From: Eledone cirrhosa
Lineage: Eukaryota
DNA length: 64,000 bases
Reading direction: 5' to 3'
NCBI GenBank assembly: GCA_964016885.1
Contig: OZ024740.1
Span: 111,910,001-111,974,000 of the forward strand
The notes beneath the pieces are model-generated. The model did not search any database, was not told the origin of the DNA, and worked only from the letters and a program-made list of their open reading frames with translations. Positions 61,095 through 64,000 of this stretch are shown in pieces. Positions within the stretch are counted from its first letter, which is position 1. Each line of letters starts with the position of its first letter. The position numbers and the translations under genes are program-made.

Positions 61095-61271
61095 CCAAAA
61101 ACTATTAACATCCTCAAACAACCAAACTCACATCCATAAGAGAGAAAATATATATATATATATATACACGATTCTTTAATTTCTTCAAATTACTAAAGTC
61201 TCACTCATGTATCATATAACAAATATCTTAAAACGCACACAAGGATAATAATAAAAAAAAATAATAAAAAT

Positions 61272-61739
61272 ATGACTACTGACCAGCAAGCCCACAACGG
61301 ACGAAATTGGTCTGAAAATGAAAATGACCTCTTAATAAACAGATGGTTTTCTCTGTCACAAACAATAAACATTAACGCGTCATGTCTGAATGAAATTGCT
61401 GAAAAAACAGCCCAAACATTTACGACGAGGTCTGCTAAGCAGATACACAACAAACTAAAACATGTAGAAGTCTCTTTCAAACTAATTCAAAACCATTTTG
61501 AAAAACTTCGACATATTTACTCTAATGGACAAACACAACAACAACAACGACAACAACAACAACCACAACAACAACAGCCAGAAAGCCAGGAGCAGCCACT
61601 ACTGAATTCAAGCATAATTGCTGAACTACTGAATGACAGTATCACTCAGCCACTCACTCAGCCATCATTATCACCATCACCATCACCATCGTTACCACTC
61701 CTGCCACATCTACATCTAGTTGGCCACACCAACTGCTAG
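61272..61739 (+). CDS. Myb/SANT(trihelix)-like domain with Q/P-rich tail; probable start of a LINE ORF1
   Basis: NWSENENDLLI.RW...IAEK......RSAKQIHNKLKH matches Myb/SANT-like spacing; lies upstream of CCCH fingers and an APE domain. Confidence 0.5.
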   Translation: MTTDQQAHNGRNWSENENDLLINRWFSLSQTININASCLNEIAEKTAQTFTTRSAKQIHNKLKHVEVSFKLIQNHFEKLRHIYSNGQTQQQQRQQQQPQQQQPESQEQPLLNSSIIAELLNDSITQPLTQPSLSPSPSPSLPLLPHLHLVGHTNC

Positions 61740-61881
61740 TAATGGACCACTGCTCTCTCTCCCACCACAGTTGTCACCACCACAGTTGTCATCATCATCA
61801 TCACCACCAATGCTTTCTTCCCCCCCCCCCATCACCACCACAGCCATGCCATAGTCAAAAGAACTATAAAAAAAAATTTCT

Positions 61882-62860
61882 ATGGAGCTGTATGCACCTC
61901 CCACCACACATACTAGAAACCCCCAAATATGCCGCTACTCCCTACGTCAGAGGCTATGCAGACGTAGCGACTGTATATTTACCCATTTACCGGGTACTAG
62001 GCGCACTAACACTGCCAGCCATCACCAAAGCACGCTGCCTGCACGTATAGGTCGCAGTCCCCAAATCTGCCAACATTCCCAACGTGAGAGGCTATGTCTG
62101 CTGACTGACTGTCCCTTCACTCATCTCCTGGGACACAACACACGAACAGAAAAAGGGGCTTTATGCCAACCCACAAACCACAATAAAGTCACCCCCTGCT
62201 GCGGTAATGCTGCTCTAGTCTCCTCACAAAGACATGACTACAACAACAAAAACAACAAAAGTAATGCTGCTCCAGTCTTGTCACAAAGACACGATCACAA
62301 CAACAACAAATACAACAACAACAAAAATAAAGCTGCTCCAGTCTTTTCACAAAGACACAATTACAACAAATACAACAACAACAACAACAACAAAAGAGGG
62401 AACTGCAACTCTATCCAATGTTGTAACCACAAATCCAATCAAAAACTGCTCCCTGAACAAAAAAACAAAAGAGATAGAGAAAAACATTTTAGCCATCACC
62501 CAACACCATCCTTGCTGTCACTAACACACAATCACAAAACAAACCCCCTGCAACAGTCAAAGGCACCCACCACACTAGCCTCCACATTCTTACTCAATAC
62601 ACAAGGTATCAGCCCTTTCATCAATGCACAGAAATGGAAGATCCAATTCATTGAGGATTGGGTTGGTAACCATCCATTTCACATCCCCTTCTTCATTCTT
62701 ACTGAGACCCACCTTGACAACTCCCACTTGGAGGCCGAAGTAAGAGTGAGAAATTTCACAACCATCCGTGCGGATCGTATTGGAAGGTGGGAACTGCCAT
62801 TTTCCTGCATGATTCCTTTACGGCAGATGGCAACACAACATTCTCTAATGGATACTGTGA
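61882..62860 (+). pseudogene. LINE 5' region: two CCCH zinc fingers running into an apurinic-like endonuclease N-terminus, truncated
   Basis: ICRYSLRQRLCRRSDCIFTH and ICQHSQRERLCLLTDCPFTH; LLNTQG...ILTETHL...IRADR..R, then frameshifted GGTAIFL...FSNGYCE. Confidence 0.75.
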
Positions 62861-63775
62861 ACAAATGCACCGACGCTAGAGACCGAGACACACACACCAC
62901 ACATTTCCTGGAAGTACTTAAACTGAACGGATACACGACATCCACCGCAAACCGTGCCAGAAAGAACAGAGGACACCACCCGAGGCACTAACACTTGCTT
63001 CCTGAAGCTCCCACACTTCAGTGACGAAACAACAACAGCCATCCGCAGAGCTATCAAACGAGAGGGACTCGATATCCAACTGGCCCACTCAGGTCCTTCT
63101 CTACGCGGAATGCTAACCAAAAGACACTCCACCAGACATGACAACCGCTGCAGGCTAGCCAACTGCCCCATCAACGACACAGACCTATGCCACCAGGCTT
63201 ACGTCGTATACAGACTATAGTGCGTCAAATGCAGCAACTTTACGTAGGTAGCACCACCAGACCACTTCACATAAGAATAAAAGAACACCTCAATACTAAC
63301 GCTTCCTCATTTAAGAAACACCTAGTTAAATGCAAAAACACCGACAAAACATAACAGTTAGGATAGAAACTAAGGAAAGAAACCTCGGCAATCTTAGAAT
63401 TAAGGAAGCACTAATTATAGACAAAACACAACCACCAATCAATAATAGACTAGAACCCAACACCCAATTTATAACTTGATAGAGCATCTAGCTCCGTATT
63501 TACACCCCCTTCCCCCACACACACACGCGCACGCACGCACACACGCACACACACGCTTACACCTTCACTTATTCTCTCTCTCACACACACATACAAAGAC
63601 CAGTTCTAACACGAGAGAACATCTATCCAACACATTTACGTATCGACATATCTTCTCACACTCACACACACACACACACATACTTGTCTGACGAACGAAT
63701 GAGGACGTTTCTTGTATTCGTCTTATTCGGGAAACCTCTGGTAATGAGGTAATTATATTGTATTGTTTATTATAC

Positions 63776-63778
<3 letters not shown>
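62861..63778 (+). mobile_element. 5'-truncated Penelope-like element (RT thumb, GIY-YIG, pLTR), disrupted
   Basis: LKLNGY; LKLPH; CRLANCPI..LCHQAYVVYRL*CVKC..YVGSTTRPLHIRIKEH...IKEALII..QP.IN. Confidence 0.85.
63683..63756 (+). ncRNA. Hammerhead ribozyme in the PLE 3' pLTR
   Basis: CTGACGA-a cgaatgaggacg...cgtcttattcg g-GAAA-cctc tggtaat gagg-TA; stem I weak. Confidence 0.6.
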
Positions 63779-63832
<54 letters not shown>

Positions 63833-63874
63833 TCAATACTTAGGGTAGTAGAGTGAGAAATAGGAATAAGTATG

Positions 63875-63970
63875 ACCCCGACGGCAGAGCTCTAGCCGTT
63901 TCGACGGCTATTTCTGGACTAAATTAGAATTTTTAGCCTGGTGAATAAATAGCCGAACTTGTCAAGGGGG
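63875..63970 (-). ncRNA. Complete family P hammerhead with U3-A8 core (TTGACAA)
   Basis: cccc-TTGACAA-g tt cggctattt...aaatagccg t c-GAAA-cggc tagagctct gccg-TC-gggg. Confidence 0.65.
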
Positions 63971-64000
63971 TTGACCTTATATGGGAAGATTGTAGTTGTC

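Overview
Eukaryotic, very AT-rich DNA saturated with microsatellites. The SINE families look octopus/cephalopod-like, but that is an inference. No host protein-coding gene is confidently identifiable, and almost all listed ORFs are translations of (TA)n, (CA)n, (GA)n or (TACA)n tracts. Recognisable content: three decayed Penelope-like elements (PLE; RT and/or GIY-YIG), a mariner relic, fragments of several non-LTR clades (R4/Dong-, CRE-, Hero-, RTE-, CR1-like), many tRNA-derived SINEs, a ~5.2-5.3 kb tandem duplication (2.4 copies) and a 200-N gap. The main hidden signal is about 30 type I hammerhead ribozyme (HHR) motifs from over a dozen unrelated sequence families, found by manual folding. 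Nearly all lie in short non-coding cassettes between (TA)n tracts, arranged as tandem, terminally redundant or inverted (foldback) copies. They include ~548/541-bp tandem units with one HHR each (retrozyme/circRNA-like) and non-canonical cores (U3-A8, U4A, U4C). All folds were made by eye; none has been computed or tested.
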